From Candidatus Spongiisociaceae bacterium (GTDB taxonomy: Bacteria > Actinomycetota > Acidimicrobiia > Spongiisociales > Spongiisociaceae), in the NCBI GenBank assembly GCA_965262915.1, contig OZ253564.1:4032001-4096000 (forward strand): a stretch of 64,000 bases of DNA, given 5' to 3'. Position numbers and translations under genes: made by a program. Each line of letters opens with the position of its first letter. Position 1 is the first letter of the stretch. Of this stretch, positions 10,928-20,151 are shown in pieces. The notes under the pieces are model-generated. The model ran no database searches. It saw only the letters and a list, made by a program, of their open reading frames with translations, and was not told the DNA's origin.

Positions 10928-11122
10928 GCCCGGATGCACCGATCGGCTTCGAGCCGGTCTGTCGGGGTGGGATCGGCGGGTGGTGTGGGGGTGGTTCAGG
11001 GCACGGCGATGACCGGCCACGCGGTCGGGTGCTCGACGATGAGAATCCCCTCGACCTGGATCATGTGACGCACTCGGCGCAGATTGTCGGTGAACGCTGC
11101 GACCACACCCTGAACCTTTGCG

Positions 11123-12895
11123 TCACCAGCCCCGGCCATCGAGAAGTTTCTTGAGGTTGCGCTTGCGGGGGTGTTCCGTGCGTACCCGCTCGAGCAGATC
11201 GGAGAAGCGGTCCGGCTCACCCGCGGCGTCGGCGAGGCGGCGGATGCGGTCCATCAGCTCGACCGCGGTTTCGTAGGCGCGGGTCTTCGTCCGGTCTATT
11301 TGCGAGAGGACCTCCGGCTCGTAGATGGCGATGGCGTCAAGAGGATGTGTCTGCTCCCGCGCCCTGGCCAGCGTCAGCCACATCTGCCTATCGCAACCGA
11401 ACTCGGTCGCCGCCATCCAAGCCTCATCTGTACAGCCTTCATACAGCAGGATATCCAGTAGCGCCTTCGCAGCGGAGGCGAAGATTCTCCGTTCCCTCCA
11501 GTCCGTTTCGGCCACCGGCTCGGCGAGACGGGCGCGCAACTCCCTCAGACAGCGCTGCGACCATCGACTATCTACAACGGGATCCTCGCCGGCCTCTCGA
11601 AGGAGGCGCCGGTAGGTCTCCAGCGACGGATCCGCCGAGAAGGCGTCCCAGTACAATTGGACCGCTCCGCTCGAGTCACCCCGTTCGTGCAGAGCACCCG
11701 CCAGGTATTCACGCAGTTCGGACGTGTAGTGATAGGGCCCGCGGTTTTCACTGAGACCGCGCCTCGCCCATTCCAAGGCCTCATCCGCACGGTCAGCCGC
11801 GCCTAGCGCGCCGACGATCTCCATCGCTGCCGCGGGATGGAGGCGCTCACGGCTGTGCACCTCGATGAGGATGTCAGGGTCACCTGTCGCGACAGCCCAA
11901 CTCACCATTGCCTGATGGATCCGCCCGAGCGCGCTCTCCTGCCGCGAACCTTCATTGCGGCGACCCTCGGCCTGTGTCCGACGCTGTTCGAGACATTCGC
12001 GGTAGGCGCCCAAGCCTGCTTCGCCGAGCATCTCAGCGTAGGCCTCGGCAGATCTATAAAAGCCCTCCAGATCCGAGTCCAACTCCAGACTCACCAAGCG
12101 AGCGGCGAGGTCCGACGGAGCCGGGCGACCTTGGGCGCAAGCCCGATGGTGGAGGTCGAACAAACGCAACGAGATGTCGGACACCCAACCGCCTGAATAG
12201 TCGACATAGTCGACGGCTTCATAGGCTCGACGATGGGCGTACTCTGCCAGCAGCGCTGCGGTGTCCGGATGGCCCAAGTCACTCATCTCTTCGAGACCGT
12301 CGATCACCTCGCCGACACCACCGGCCCAATCTCCGGCCTCCCGGTACGAAACGTAGCGGTCACGAGGTGCGAACGCGTTGTCGATATGTCGCTGCCACGA
12401 TTCGACGTCGGGCCCATCTCCCCGGCCGGCTCGGGCCTCGGCCAGGAGGCGCTCCCGCAACCGCCAGTCCGACATGGCCTGTTGCAGGACGATCTCGACC
12501 AGCCGGGCCTTCGCTAGCTGCCCGACGAAGTCGGGAAGTTCGTGATCAGGTCTCGGCGACGGCGACGATTCCACTGCCGGCACAAGCGACACCGCGGCCG
12601 ACCGGCTTGCATCCGGATCCAGCGTGAGCGCCACGGCCACACAGTGCTTGCAGAACGATCCGTCCTCCGCAGCGGGGCACGTGCAGGACCAACCCGGCTT
12701 GCCCTCGTCCACCCATAACCTCACCGCATACGGCATGGTGCCCCGCACCGTTGCTTGGAGGCCCGGCCCGCTTCCGCCCGCCGGTTCGACCCTCCCCTCG
12801 CTGTGGTACGACAGCCCACGTAGGTAGGAACGGGATCCGGCCAGTTCCTTGACGGTGGGTACCGTGAACACCTCCATCAACTGACTCACAATCAC
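11123..12895 (-). CDS. SWIM zinc-finger protein (DUF6880-like)
   Basis: RGLSYHSEGRV, CTCP....FCKHCVA and C-terminal RTEHPRKRNL. Confidence 0.85.
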   Translation of the reverse strand: MIVSQLMEVFTVPTVKELAGSRSYLRGLSYHSEGRVEPAGGSGPGLQATVRGTMPYAVRLWVDEGKPGWSCTCPAAEDGSFCKHCVAVALTLDPDASRSAAVSLVPAVESSPSPRPDHELPDFVGQLAKARLVEIVLQQAMSDWRLRERLLAEARAGRGDGPDVESWQRHIDNAFAPRDRYVSYREAGDWAGGVGEVIDGLEEMSDLGHPDTAALLAEYAHRRAYEAVDYVDYSGGWVSDISLRLFDLHHRACAQGRPAPSDLAARLVSLELDSDLEGFYRSAEAYAEMLGEAGLGAYRECLEQRRTQAEGRRNEGSRQESALGRIHQAMVSWAVATGDPDILIEVHSRERLHPAAAMEIVGALGAADRADEALEWARRGLSENRGPYHYTSELREYLAGALHERGDSSGAVQLYWDAFSADPSLETYRRLLREAGEDPVVDSRWSQRCLRELRARLAEPVAETDWRERRIFASAAKALLDILLYEGCTDEAWMAATEFGCDRQMWLTLARAREQTHPLDAIAIYEPEVLSQIDRTKTRAYETAVELMDRIRRLADAAGEPDRFSDLLERVRTEHPRKRNLKKLLDGRGW

Positions 12896-12899
12896 TCAA

Positions 12900-12921
12900 C
12901 AATATTCATAGCTGGATATTG
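12900..12921. promoter_or_regulatory. AT-rich palindrome immediately upstream of the SWIM gene
   Basis: CAATATTC-ATAGCT-GGATATTG, a near-perfect inverted repeat. Confidence 0.4.
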
Positions 12922-13067
12922 ATACTCCATCATGGATGGTATCGGACCGCCGTCGCACTCGCTGTCGAAGCCCTTGTCAGACACCGAGTCACCCGTCCGT
13001 TACTCGCCAGCCGGAACCAGACGATAGATACGGACACCCGCTGAGCAGTCCCTCAACCAAGCCCTGC

Positions 13068-13820
13068 TCAGTGGAAGCCGGAGCCTCCGTTGACCCAGAT
13101 GTTCTGACCGGTCACGAAATCGGACCATGGGCTGACCAGGTAGAGGAGGGTGCCGACCATGTCGTCGGGTACCTGGGTGCGCTTGAAGGCGCGCCGGGCG
13201 GTGATCAGGCCGTCGATGTGCGGCTGTTTGGACGCGTAGGCCTCGTCATGGGGTATGTAGTCGGGGGTAAGGGTGTTGACGGAGATACCGTCGTCGCCCA
13301 GTTCACGAGCCATGGACCGGGTCAGGCCCCAGATCGCCGCCTTCGACGACACGTAGTGAAGGAACCCCGGTGTGCCGTCGTTGACGGTCATCGAGGCGAT
13401 GTTGACGATCTTGCCGCTCTTCTGTGCCCTCATAGTCGGTGCCACGGCCCGGGCACATAGCCAGGATCCCTTGACGTTCACCGCGAAGCACAGGTCCCAC
13501 TCCTCAGGTGAGATCTCCTCCATGGGACCCTGGGTCACCGACAGGTAGAAGGCAGCGTTGTTGACCAGAGCGTCGATCCTCCCGAAGGCATCCACGGCGG
13601 CCGCCGCCATCGCTTCGGTCGAGGCAACGTCCCTGACATCCACTTCGACCGGGATGGCCCGGGCGCCCAACTCCTCGGCCTCGGCCACCACCTTGGAGGG
13701 GTCCACCAGGTCGGCCACGACCAGAGAGGCCCCCTCGGCGGCAAGGCCGCGGCAGTAGGCGCTTCCGATTCCACCAGCGCCTCCGGTGACTATGACTACG
13801 TGACCGTCGAGCATCCCCAT
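13068..13820 (-). CDS. SDR-family oxidoreductase
   Basis: TGGAGGIG, NNAA and YVSSK. Confidence 0.92.
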   Translation of the reverse strand: MGMLDGHVVIVTGGAGGIGSAYCRGLAAEGASLVVADLVDPSKVVAEAEELGARAIPVEVDVRDVASTEAMAAAAVDAFGRIDALVNNAAFYLSVTQGPMEEISPEEWDLCFAVNVKGSWLCARAVAPTMRAQKSGKIVNIASMTVNDGTPGFLHYVSSKAAIWGLTRSMARELGDDGISVNTLTPDYIPHDEAYASKQPHIDGLITARRAFKRTQVPDDMVGTLLYLVSPWSDFVTGQNIWVNGGSGFH

Positions 13821-13883
13821 GGGCTACTCCCCTCTCTCTGCGGGGTGCCAAAGGGGCCCTGCTCCACTCCGCACCCGATCGGA

Positions 13884-14936
13884 CTATTGCTTCACGAACT
13901 CGGCTGCCAACTCGAACAGCCACGAGCGGTAGGCGAGGGTGACGTCGTCGGCCACCTTGATGTACATCTCGGCGCTGAGCAGATCCGGTAGGTGCTCGGG
14001 CCATTGGGACTCCACAACCGGCTGGTCCTGGTCCAGCACCATCAGCTCGAAGTCGATCAGGAACGCCAAGTCCTCATCGGTCTGCGCGAAATCTGACCCG
14101 ATGTGCCAGAAGTTCCGGCAGGTTGCAGGTCCGGTGGGGGAACTGACCATGTAGAGCCCATAACGCTTCCCGTTGGGGAAAACCCGCAGCAGATAGATAG
14201 TGCCGGGAAGCGTGAGGTAGTAGCGGTTCAGAACGGTCACCATATCGTCGGATATCTCCAGGATCTCCTTCATTCGCTCGTCGTTGGGTTCCACGACGTA
14301 GCGATCGAAGCGGAGCATCTGTCCTTCGCGCCACACCTTGTGGTCCTCGATCTCGGCCTTGTCCCTCGTGCCGAGAATGTTCTCGTGTACGAAGGGAAAG
14401 TGCGAGAAGTCGACGAAGTTCTCCAGTCTCCTCGGCGCGCTGGTAGCCCAGTCGTAGTAGGGCGGAGACTGCCAGTGCATATCCGGATCGGTCCATTCGG
14501 CCAGGCCGGGCGGATCGCCCCACGGCTCGTCCACCAGGGACACCCAGATCATTCCCGCACTCTCCCGGCACCGGTAGCGGATCAGGTTGACCTTCAGGAT
14601 CCCGTTCAGTTCCGGGCGGGAGGGGATGTTGACCAGGGTGCCCTCCATGTCGTAGGTCCAGCCGTGGTACGGGCAGTTGATGCAACCGTTCTCGATCCAC
14701 CCGAGGGAAGGAGCTGCTCCCTTGTGGCGGCAAACGTCCATGAACGCCCGCGCCGTCTCGTCGTGCCGGACGATCAGTACCCGTTCGCCGAGCAACCTCC
14801 CCTGCATCATCTCGTCCTCGCCCACGTCGGTGCTGTAGGCCACCGGATGCCAGAAGTGGCGCATGGCCCGGTACCACTTGGAATCCCGTTCGGGGACGAA
14901 CGGGTCAGCGAGGTCTTGCATGGTGGGCTTGGCCAC
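13884..14936 (-). CDS. Rieske non-heme iron oxygenase alpha subunit, NdmA/VanA-like demethylase
   Basis: CRH...CPYHGW Rieske ligands; RRLENFVDFSHFPFVH; D.PVVESQWP. Confidence 0.85.
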   Translation of the reverse strand: MAKPTMQDLADPFVPERDSKWYRAMRHFWHPVAYSTDVGEDEMMQGRLLGERVLIVRHDETARAFMDVCRHKGAAPSLGWIENGCINCPYHGWTYDMEGTLVNIPSRPELNGILKVNLIRYRCRESAGMIWVSLVDEPWGDPPGLAEWTDPDMHWQSPPYYDWATSAPRRLENFVDFSHFPFVHENILGTRDKAEIEDHKVWREGQMLRFDRYVVEPNDERMKEILEISDDMVTVLNRYYLTLPGTIYLLRVFPNGKRYGLYMVSSPTGPATCRNFWHIGSDFAQTDEDLAFLIDFELMVLDQDQPVVESQWPEHLPDLLSAEMYIKVADDVTLAYRSWLFELAAEFVKQ

Positions 14937-14973
14937 GCTTACCGCCTTTCTTTGCTATACGGGGCCTTCATGC

Positions 14974-15723
14974 TCAGACGAAGTACGCGCCACCGTTGAC
15001 CAGCAGGCTCTGGCCGGTCACGAAATCGGAAGCCGGGGAACTCAGGTAGACGATGGTGCCGACCATGTCGTCAGCCACTTGGGTCCGCTTCAAGGCCCGC
15101 CCGGCTACCACGAAGGGGTCGCTGGTGGCGTCGGTAGGCCGGAGGTCCGGGTTGGGGATCAGGTCGGGCGACACGATATTCACCGTAATGCCTTCCGGAC
15201 CGAGTTCGTTGGCCAGGCACCGGGTCAAGCCGAGCAGCGCGGATTTGCTGGCCACGTAGTGGGGAAAGCCCATCGTCCCCTTGAAGCACGTGTTGGATGC
15301 GATGTTTACGATCTTGCCGGAACCTTGGGCGGCCATGTGGGTATGCACGGCCTTGATGCACAGCCACACCCCGCGGACGTTGACCTCGAAGGTCCGGTCC
15401 CACTCCGCTATGGATACATCGGTGAAGGGCCCCCGGGTGGTCTCGGAGAACATCGCCGCGTTGTTGATCAGCACATCGATTCGACCGAACCGTTCCATAG
15501 CGGCATCCGCCATTGCGACGGTGGATGCCTCGTCGCTCACATCGGCGGTGACCGCGATGGCCTGCCCACCTCTTGCGGCCAGTTCTTCGACCACCGGTGA
15601 GCCATCGAGCAAATCGGCGATGACGACACCGGCCCCTTCCCGGGAAACACCAAGGGCATAGGCACGGCCTAGGCCACGAGCCCCACCGGTGATGATGACC
15701 ACCTTGCCGTCAAGCACACCCAT
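14974..15723 (-). CDS. SDR-family oxidoreductase (paralogue of 13068-13820)
   Basis: TGGARGLG, NNAA, YVASK and the shared KRTQV.DDMVGT. Confidence 0.92.
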   Translation of the reverse strand: MGVLDGKVVIITGGARGLGRAYALGVSREGAGVVIADLLDGSPVVEELAARGGQAIAVTADVSDEASTVAMADAAMERFGRIDVLINNAAMFSETTRGPFTDVSIAEWDRTFEVNVRGVWLCIKAVHTHMAAQGSGKIVNIASNTCFKGTMGFPHYVASKSALLGLTRCLANELGPEGITVNIVSPDLIPNPDLRPTDATSDPFVVAGRALKRTQVADDMVGTIVYLSSPASDFVTGQSLLVNGGAYFV

Positions 15724-15770
15724 GCCAAACCTCCCCGATCTCGGCCTTCGCTCAAAGACTAGCGGCCGGA

Positions 15771-15787
15771 TATTGCTGGTGCCAATA
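15771..15787. promoter_or_regulatory. Putative operator TATTG-N7-CAATA (perfect arms)
   Basis: TATTG-CTGGTGC-CAATA in the divergent SDR/amidohydrolase intergenic region. Confidence 0.5.
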
Positions 15788-15856
15788 ATTCAGGACTACC
15801 GGTGATTCCAAAGTGGCCGCCGCGCCGGCAACATAGATATCATCAATGACTACCAG

Positions 15857-17299
15857 ATGACCGAGCACCCCACCTCAACACCGCCAGACCAATCCGCAGC
15901 CGGCCCGGCGCCGGAGTGCGATCTGCTCGTCGAGGGCGGAATCCTCGTCACGCTCGATGACAGGCGCCGGGTGATCGAAGACGGATCGGTGGCCATCGCC
16001 GGCGAACGCATCGTAGCCTTGGGAGAGCGCAGGGACCTTCTCCACTACCGGACCAACGCCGGCAGGGTCGTCGACTGCACCGGCAAGCTGGTGATACCGG
16101 GGCTGACCGATGGGCACACCCACCTGTTCCAGTCCCTGGGGCGGGGACTCGGTGACGGGATGAGCCTCGTTCCCTGGCTGCGACACTTCATGCTCCCGTA
16201 CTCGCTCAACATGAACCGTGAGATCGCCGTGGCAGCCGTCAAGCTCGGCGCCCTGCAGGCTGCCCTGTCAGGTACCACCATGGTGGTCGACAACCACTAC
16301 GCCCCGACCGACACCGAGACGACACTGGCCGTCGCCGCGGCGGTCGAGGAGGTGGGAATCAGGGGCGCCATCGCTCGCGGGATCTTCGGGGAGATGAACC
16401 CCGGCGCCGAAATCATGGGGGTACCACCCGACTTCTTCGCGTGGACCGACGCCCAGGATCTCTCGATCACCGAGGAGTGCATGGCCGAGCGGCCGGGCGG
16501 GTCCCTGGTCGAGGTGTGGCCCTGTCCCGAGAACATCGTCTACGTCACACCCGACATCATCGAGGGTTCTGCCCAGCTCGCCGAGGCCGGAGGGGTCCGC
16601 TGGCACATGCACTGCTCGGAGGCTCACGACGAGGTCGGCTTCTTCGAGACCGTGCATTCCGATCGGCCCGTGTCCTGGCTGGCCAAACGTGGTGTCCTTA
16701 CCCATCGGACGACTCTGGCCCACGCCATATGGCTCGACCCGGACGAGGTAGCCGCCATGGGAGCGGCCGGAGCCACCGCGGTGCACAACCCGGTGTCGAA
16801 CCAGTATCTCGCATCCGGCGTCCTCCATCTGGAGCCTTTGCTCTCGGCCGGGGCCAATGTGGCCCTCGGGAGCGACGGTGTCGCGGTAGCCGGACAGGAC
16901 ATGTTCGAAGCGATGAAGGCCGGAACACTCATGCACCGCGTGGCCCACCTTGACTCGACCGCCACCACGGTCGAGCAGTTCCTCGATCTGGCTGCCCTGG
17001 GCGGCGCGACTATGACAGGCGTGGACGGTGGTGTGATCGATGTGGGCCGGGTGGCCGATCTGGTGGTTCTCGACGTGGACAAGGTGCGTCACACTCCATG
17101 GAACAGACCGGTGGCCTCGATGGTGCACTCGGGCAGGTCGGGCGACGTGGATACGGTCATCGTGGCCGGAGAGGTCATCGTGGAGAACGGCCGCTCCACC
17201 AAGGTGGACGAAGCGGAAGTGCGGGCGGCCGCAAGCGAGGCTACCAAACAGTTGTTCGGAGACGCACGGCTCACCGGTCTGACCAGGGATTGGCAGTAG
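15857..17299 (+). CDS. Amidohydrolase, AtzA/MtaD family
   Basis: PGLTDGHTH, HMHCSE, AHAIW, HNPVSN and LGSDG. Confidence 0.9.
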   Translation: MTEHPTSTPPDQSAAGPAPECDLLVEGGILVTLDDRRRVIEDGSVAIAGERIVALGERRDLLHYRTNAGRVVDCTGKLVIPGLTDGHTHLFQSLGRGLGDGMSLVPWLRHFMLPYSLNMNREIAVAAVKLGALQAALSGTTMVVDNHYAPTDTETTLAVAAAVEEVGIRGAIARGIFGEMNPGAEIMGVPPDFFAWTDAQDLSITEECMAERPGGSLVEVWPCPENIVYVTPDIIEGSAQLAEAGGVRWHMHCSEAHDEVGFFETVHSDRPVSWLAKRGVLTHRTTLAHAIWLDPDEVAAMGAAGATAVHNPVSNQYLASGVLHLEPLLSAGANVALGSDGVAVAGQDMFEAMKAGTLMHRVAHLDSTATTVEQFLDLAALGGATMTGVDGGVIDVGRVADLVVLDVDKVRHTPWNRPVASMVHSGRSGDVDTVIVAGEVIVENGRSTKVDEAEVRAAASEATKQLFGDARLTGLTRDWQ

Positions 17300-17463
17300 T
17301 GGTCTGTCTGCAAAACAACTTGTCGTGCCCTGCTTGCCAGCGACACTCCTCGCTACGTTCCGCCTCCTCGACGTACCCTGCGGGTACGCCTTCGTCAGCG
17401 GGCCTCGCGAGGAACACCGCTGCCGGCGCATGCCACAACGCCATTTCACAGACAAACCACCAG
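17297..17463. mobile_element. MITE/REP-like element with internal hairpin
   Basis: TIRs tagtggtctgtctg / cagacaaaccaccag; internal gacgtaccc-tgc-gggtacgcc palindrome. Confidence 0.7.
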
Positions 17464-17510
17464 CAACCGTCGAACTGACCGACGGCGTTCGAGACAAGGA
17501 GACGAGACCG

Positions 17511-18314
17511 GTGCAGACACCCAGCGTTCGACATGGCTACACGACCGGGGCGCAAGGCAACCGCCTCCACTACCTGGACTACGGCGGCGAGGGGACGACC
17601 CTCATATGTATGCACGGCGTGATCGGCAACGCCTGGAACTGGTATGCCGTGGCATCGAGCATAAGCGATCGGCGAAGGGTGCTGGCCCTCGACTATCGCG
17701 GCTACGGCGAGAGTCAGTGGTCGCCATCTCATGACTACCGGACCTCCGACCACGTCGCCGACCTCGGTGCACTCATCGAATCACTTGGTGAGAACACCGT
17801 GGATCTGATGGGCTCCTCATGGGGCGCCCTGGTAGCCATCCAGTACGCGGCGGAGAATCCCGACCGGGTAGGACGGATCGTGGTGGTGGACGTGGAGGCG
17901 TCGTTCTCTCAAAGCGAGACCGACCTGTTCCCCCGACCCACCAGCCACGCCGACCACGCAGAGGCACGAACCGGACTCGGGTTCGCCTTCCCCAACGCCT
18001 CCGAGGAGATGCTCCAACTGACTGCGGTCACCAGCTTCGCGCCGGTCGACGGTGGACGCCTGGCTCCCAAGCACGACCCCTTCTTCTTCGAACGCTGGCC
18101 CTTCCGCTCCGACGACCACTGGGACCGGCTGGAAGGAATGGAGACCACCGCTCTGCTGGTGCACGCAGCCGACAGCTTCGTGAACGGTGACGTTATGGCG
18201 GAGATGGCCCGCCGCATGGGCAACGCCACGCTGGTCCAGGTAAGCGACACCACCCACGTAATACCGGTCGACAACCCCGATGGCCTGGTAGAGGTACTCC
18301 TACCGTTCTTGTAG
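17511..18314 (+). CDS. Alpha/beta-fold hydrolase
   Basis: MHG, LDYRGYGES, GSSWG nucleophile elbow and C-terminal His; AAGGAG RBS before GTG. Confidence 0.88.
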   Translation: MQTPSVRHGYTTGAQGNRLHYLDYGGEGTTLICMHGVIGNAWNWYAVASSISDRRRVLALDYRGYGESQWSPSHDYRTSDHVADLGALIESLGENTVDLMGSSWGALVAIQYAAENPDRVGRIVVVDVEASFSQSETDLFPRPTSHADHAEARTGLGFAFPNASEEMLQLTAVTSFAPVDGGRLAPKHDPFFFERWPFRSDDHWDRLEGMETTALLVHAADSFVNGDVMAEMARRMGNATLVQVSDTTHVIPVDNPDGLVEVLLPFL

Positions 18315-18389
18315 TTGTTAGTTGAGATCTACCCACTGGCATTCTGAACAAAGAGCCCGAATCTCTGTATCGACTGGCCACCCGAACCA

Positions 18390-19140
18390 AGGCTGCTGCT
18401 GACATCGCCGCGAAGATCGGCGAGGCGCTGAGGCTTCGCACCTCTGCACTGCGTGTGGACATCCCTCGCCGTGGCAAGCACGAAGACGGCATCGAACTCG
18501 ACGCTCACCGCATGCGCACTCGCTTCGCGGTGGCTTTGGCGATCAGACGCTCGACGAGGGCCGTCAAGCCCGGGTAGGCGCCGTGTCGGTCGCCTTCAAC
18601 TCGCCGTTCTGGCCGTTCGTATTGGCCTCGACTTCGGTCGGTCAGGAGGGGCTGGACTTCCACCTGTGGTGCCGTGCGGTGGTGCATTGGAACCTTCCTG
18701 CCAATCCCGTTGACCTCGAGCAGCGCGAAGGTCGAGTCCATCGATACAAGTGTCACGCGGTTCGCCGTAACATCGCTGAGAAACTCGGGCCCGATCTGTT
18801 GCGAGAAGGGATCCCGGAGGGTGACCCGTGGCAGACGCTCTTCGGGCGAGCAGCATCCGAAAGGGGGCCCGACGACGGGGAGATGGTGCCGTACTGGGTG
18901 TTCCATCAGGGCCGGGCGAAGATCGATCGTCTCGTTCCTGTGCTGCCGTTCAGCATGGAGTCGGCGAGACTTCCGCAGCTGCGGAGGTCCCTGGCCGTCT
19001 ATCGCCTCGCCTTCGGCCAGCCACGCCAGGAGGAACTAGTCAAATTCTTGGGTGATCGCATCAACCCTGACCACTTGCCGCATTGGCTCTCGCAACTCCG
19101 CATCGACCTGTCTCCCCCGCTACCGGGTAAGCCTGTGTAA
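18390..19140 (+). pseudogene. C-terminal remnant of a large SF2 helicase (defence-system type)
   Basis: RMRTRFAVAFGD (frameshift near 18536), then FNSPFWPFVLASTSVGQEGLDFH, DLEQREGRVHRYK and YRLAFGQPRQEEL; no N-terminal half. Confidence 0.8.
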
Positions 19141-19200
19141 GGAGGACCTTCGAGCAACCAACACCTGGCCTAGTCTCTGGTGTCTGGTCTTATTATATCT

Positions 19201-19239
19201 TACCAACTACCAACTACCAACTACCAACTACCAACTACC
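19201..19239. repeat. Tandem heptamer (TACCAAC) x about 5.5
   Basis: Read directly; lies between the convergent helicase remnant and nrtR. Confidence 0.9.
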
Positions 19240-19255
19240 TGCGGCAGGTCACCGA

Positions 19256-20011
19256 CTACGGGGATCGACCTTTCCGCCTCGTAGGGGACCTCGGAATGGG
19301 TAAAGATATAGGCGCGACGTCGCCGGTCTGGTAGGTCCTGGCTGGGCGCCCCCCTCCCGCGCTCGGATCGGTGCGGTCACCGGTTGAGCGTAGGTATCCG
19401 GGAGTCCTCGTGACTTTACGGTGGAAGTTGGCCGGTTCCAGACGAGCGTTCCACACCGCCTCGTAGACCCTCCGCAACTGGCTTATGGTGAACTCCGGCG
19501 GGCAGAACTGTGCCGCAAGCGTGGTGTACTCGAGCTTGGAGCGCACTCGTTCGACCGCTTCCGCGATGATCTTGTCGTGGTCGAAGGCAATCTTGAGAGC
19601 GTCGGCCTCGACCATCACCACCGGGAAGAGATCGGCGTCGGCCGCGTCCCCTCCCCCGCGCGGTTTGGGTAGGTTGGCGAGGATGGCCCAGTAGGCCACG
19701 GTGACCACCCGTATCCTGGGATCGCGCTCCGGCGTTCCATACGTACCCAGTTGTTCGAGGTACACCTGAGTGGCCTCGACTCCGGTCTCCTCTTCCAGTT
19801 CTCGCCGGGCCGCTGCGTCGAGATCTTCGTCGGGGAGCACGAAGCCGCCGGGTAGCGCCCAGTATCCCCGGTAGGGGCGTTGACCCCGCCGGACCAGGAG
19901 AACTTGGAGTTGGTCGTCGACGATGGTGAAGGTGACCACGTCGACGGTGACCGCTACCGGCGGGTACGCCCGAGGCTCGTAGTCCTTCGGAGGCCTCGTG
20001 TCACTACCCAT
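19256..20011 (-). CDS. nrtR: NrtR-type Nudix-wHTH transcriptional regulator
   Basis: VTVDVV, WALPGGF...RRELEEETG Nudix box, AFDH, then FTISQLRRVYE and NFHRK...GGRPA wHTH. Confidence 0.88.
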   Translation of the reverse strand: MGSDTRPPKDYEPRAYPPVAVTVDVVTFTIVDDQLQVLLVRRGQRPYRGYWALPGGFVLPDEDLDAAARRELEEETGVEATQVYLEQLGTYGTPERDPRIRVVTVAYWAILANLPKPRGGGDAADADLFPVVMVEADALKIAFDHDKIIAEAVERVRSKLEYTTLAAQFCPPEFTISQLRRVYEAVWNARLEPANFHRKVTRTPGYLRSTGDRTDPSAGGGRPARTYQTGDVAPISLPIPRSPTRRKGRSP

Positions 20012-20056
20012 CTTTACAATGTTATCAGTTTATGTTGACAGGACAAGAACTAGACG

Positions 20057-20076
20057 TTATTGTCATGATGGAATAA
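20057..20076. promoter_or_regulatory. Candidate NrtR operator
   Basis: TTATTGTCATGATGGAATAA resembles NrtR boxes (TTATnGT-N6-ACnATAA as recalled). TAACAT -10 lies 7 nt before the nrtR ATG (leaderless). Confidence 0.55.
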
Positions 20077-20151
20077 ACTGGCACGGCTCGGCGTCGTAGT
20101 AGATGCGGAGCCGTGTGCGCACCCGAAACACCCCTAACCAAAGGAGAGACA

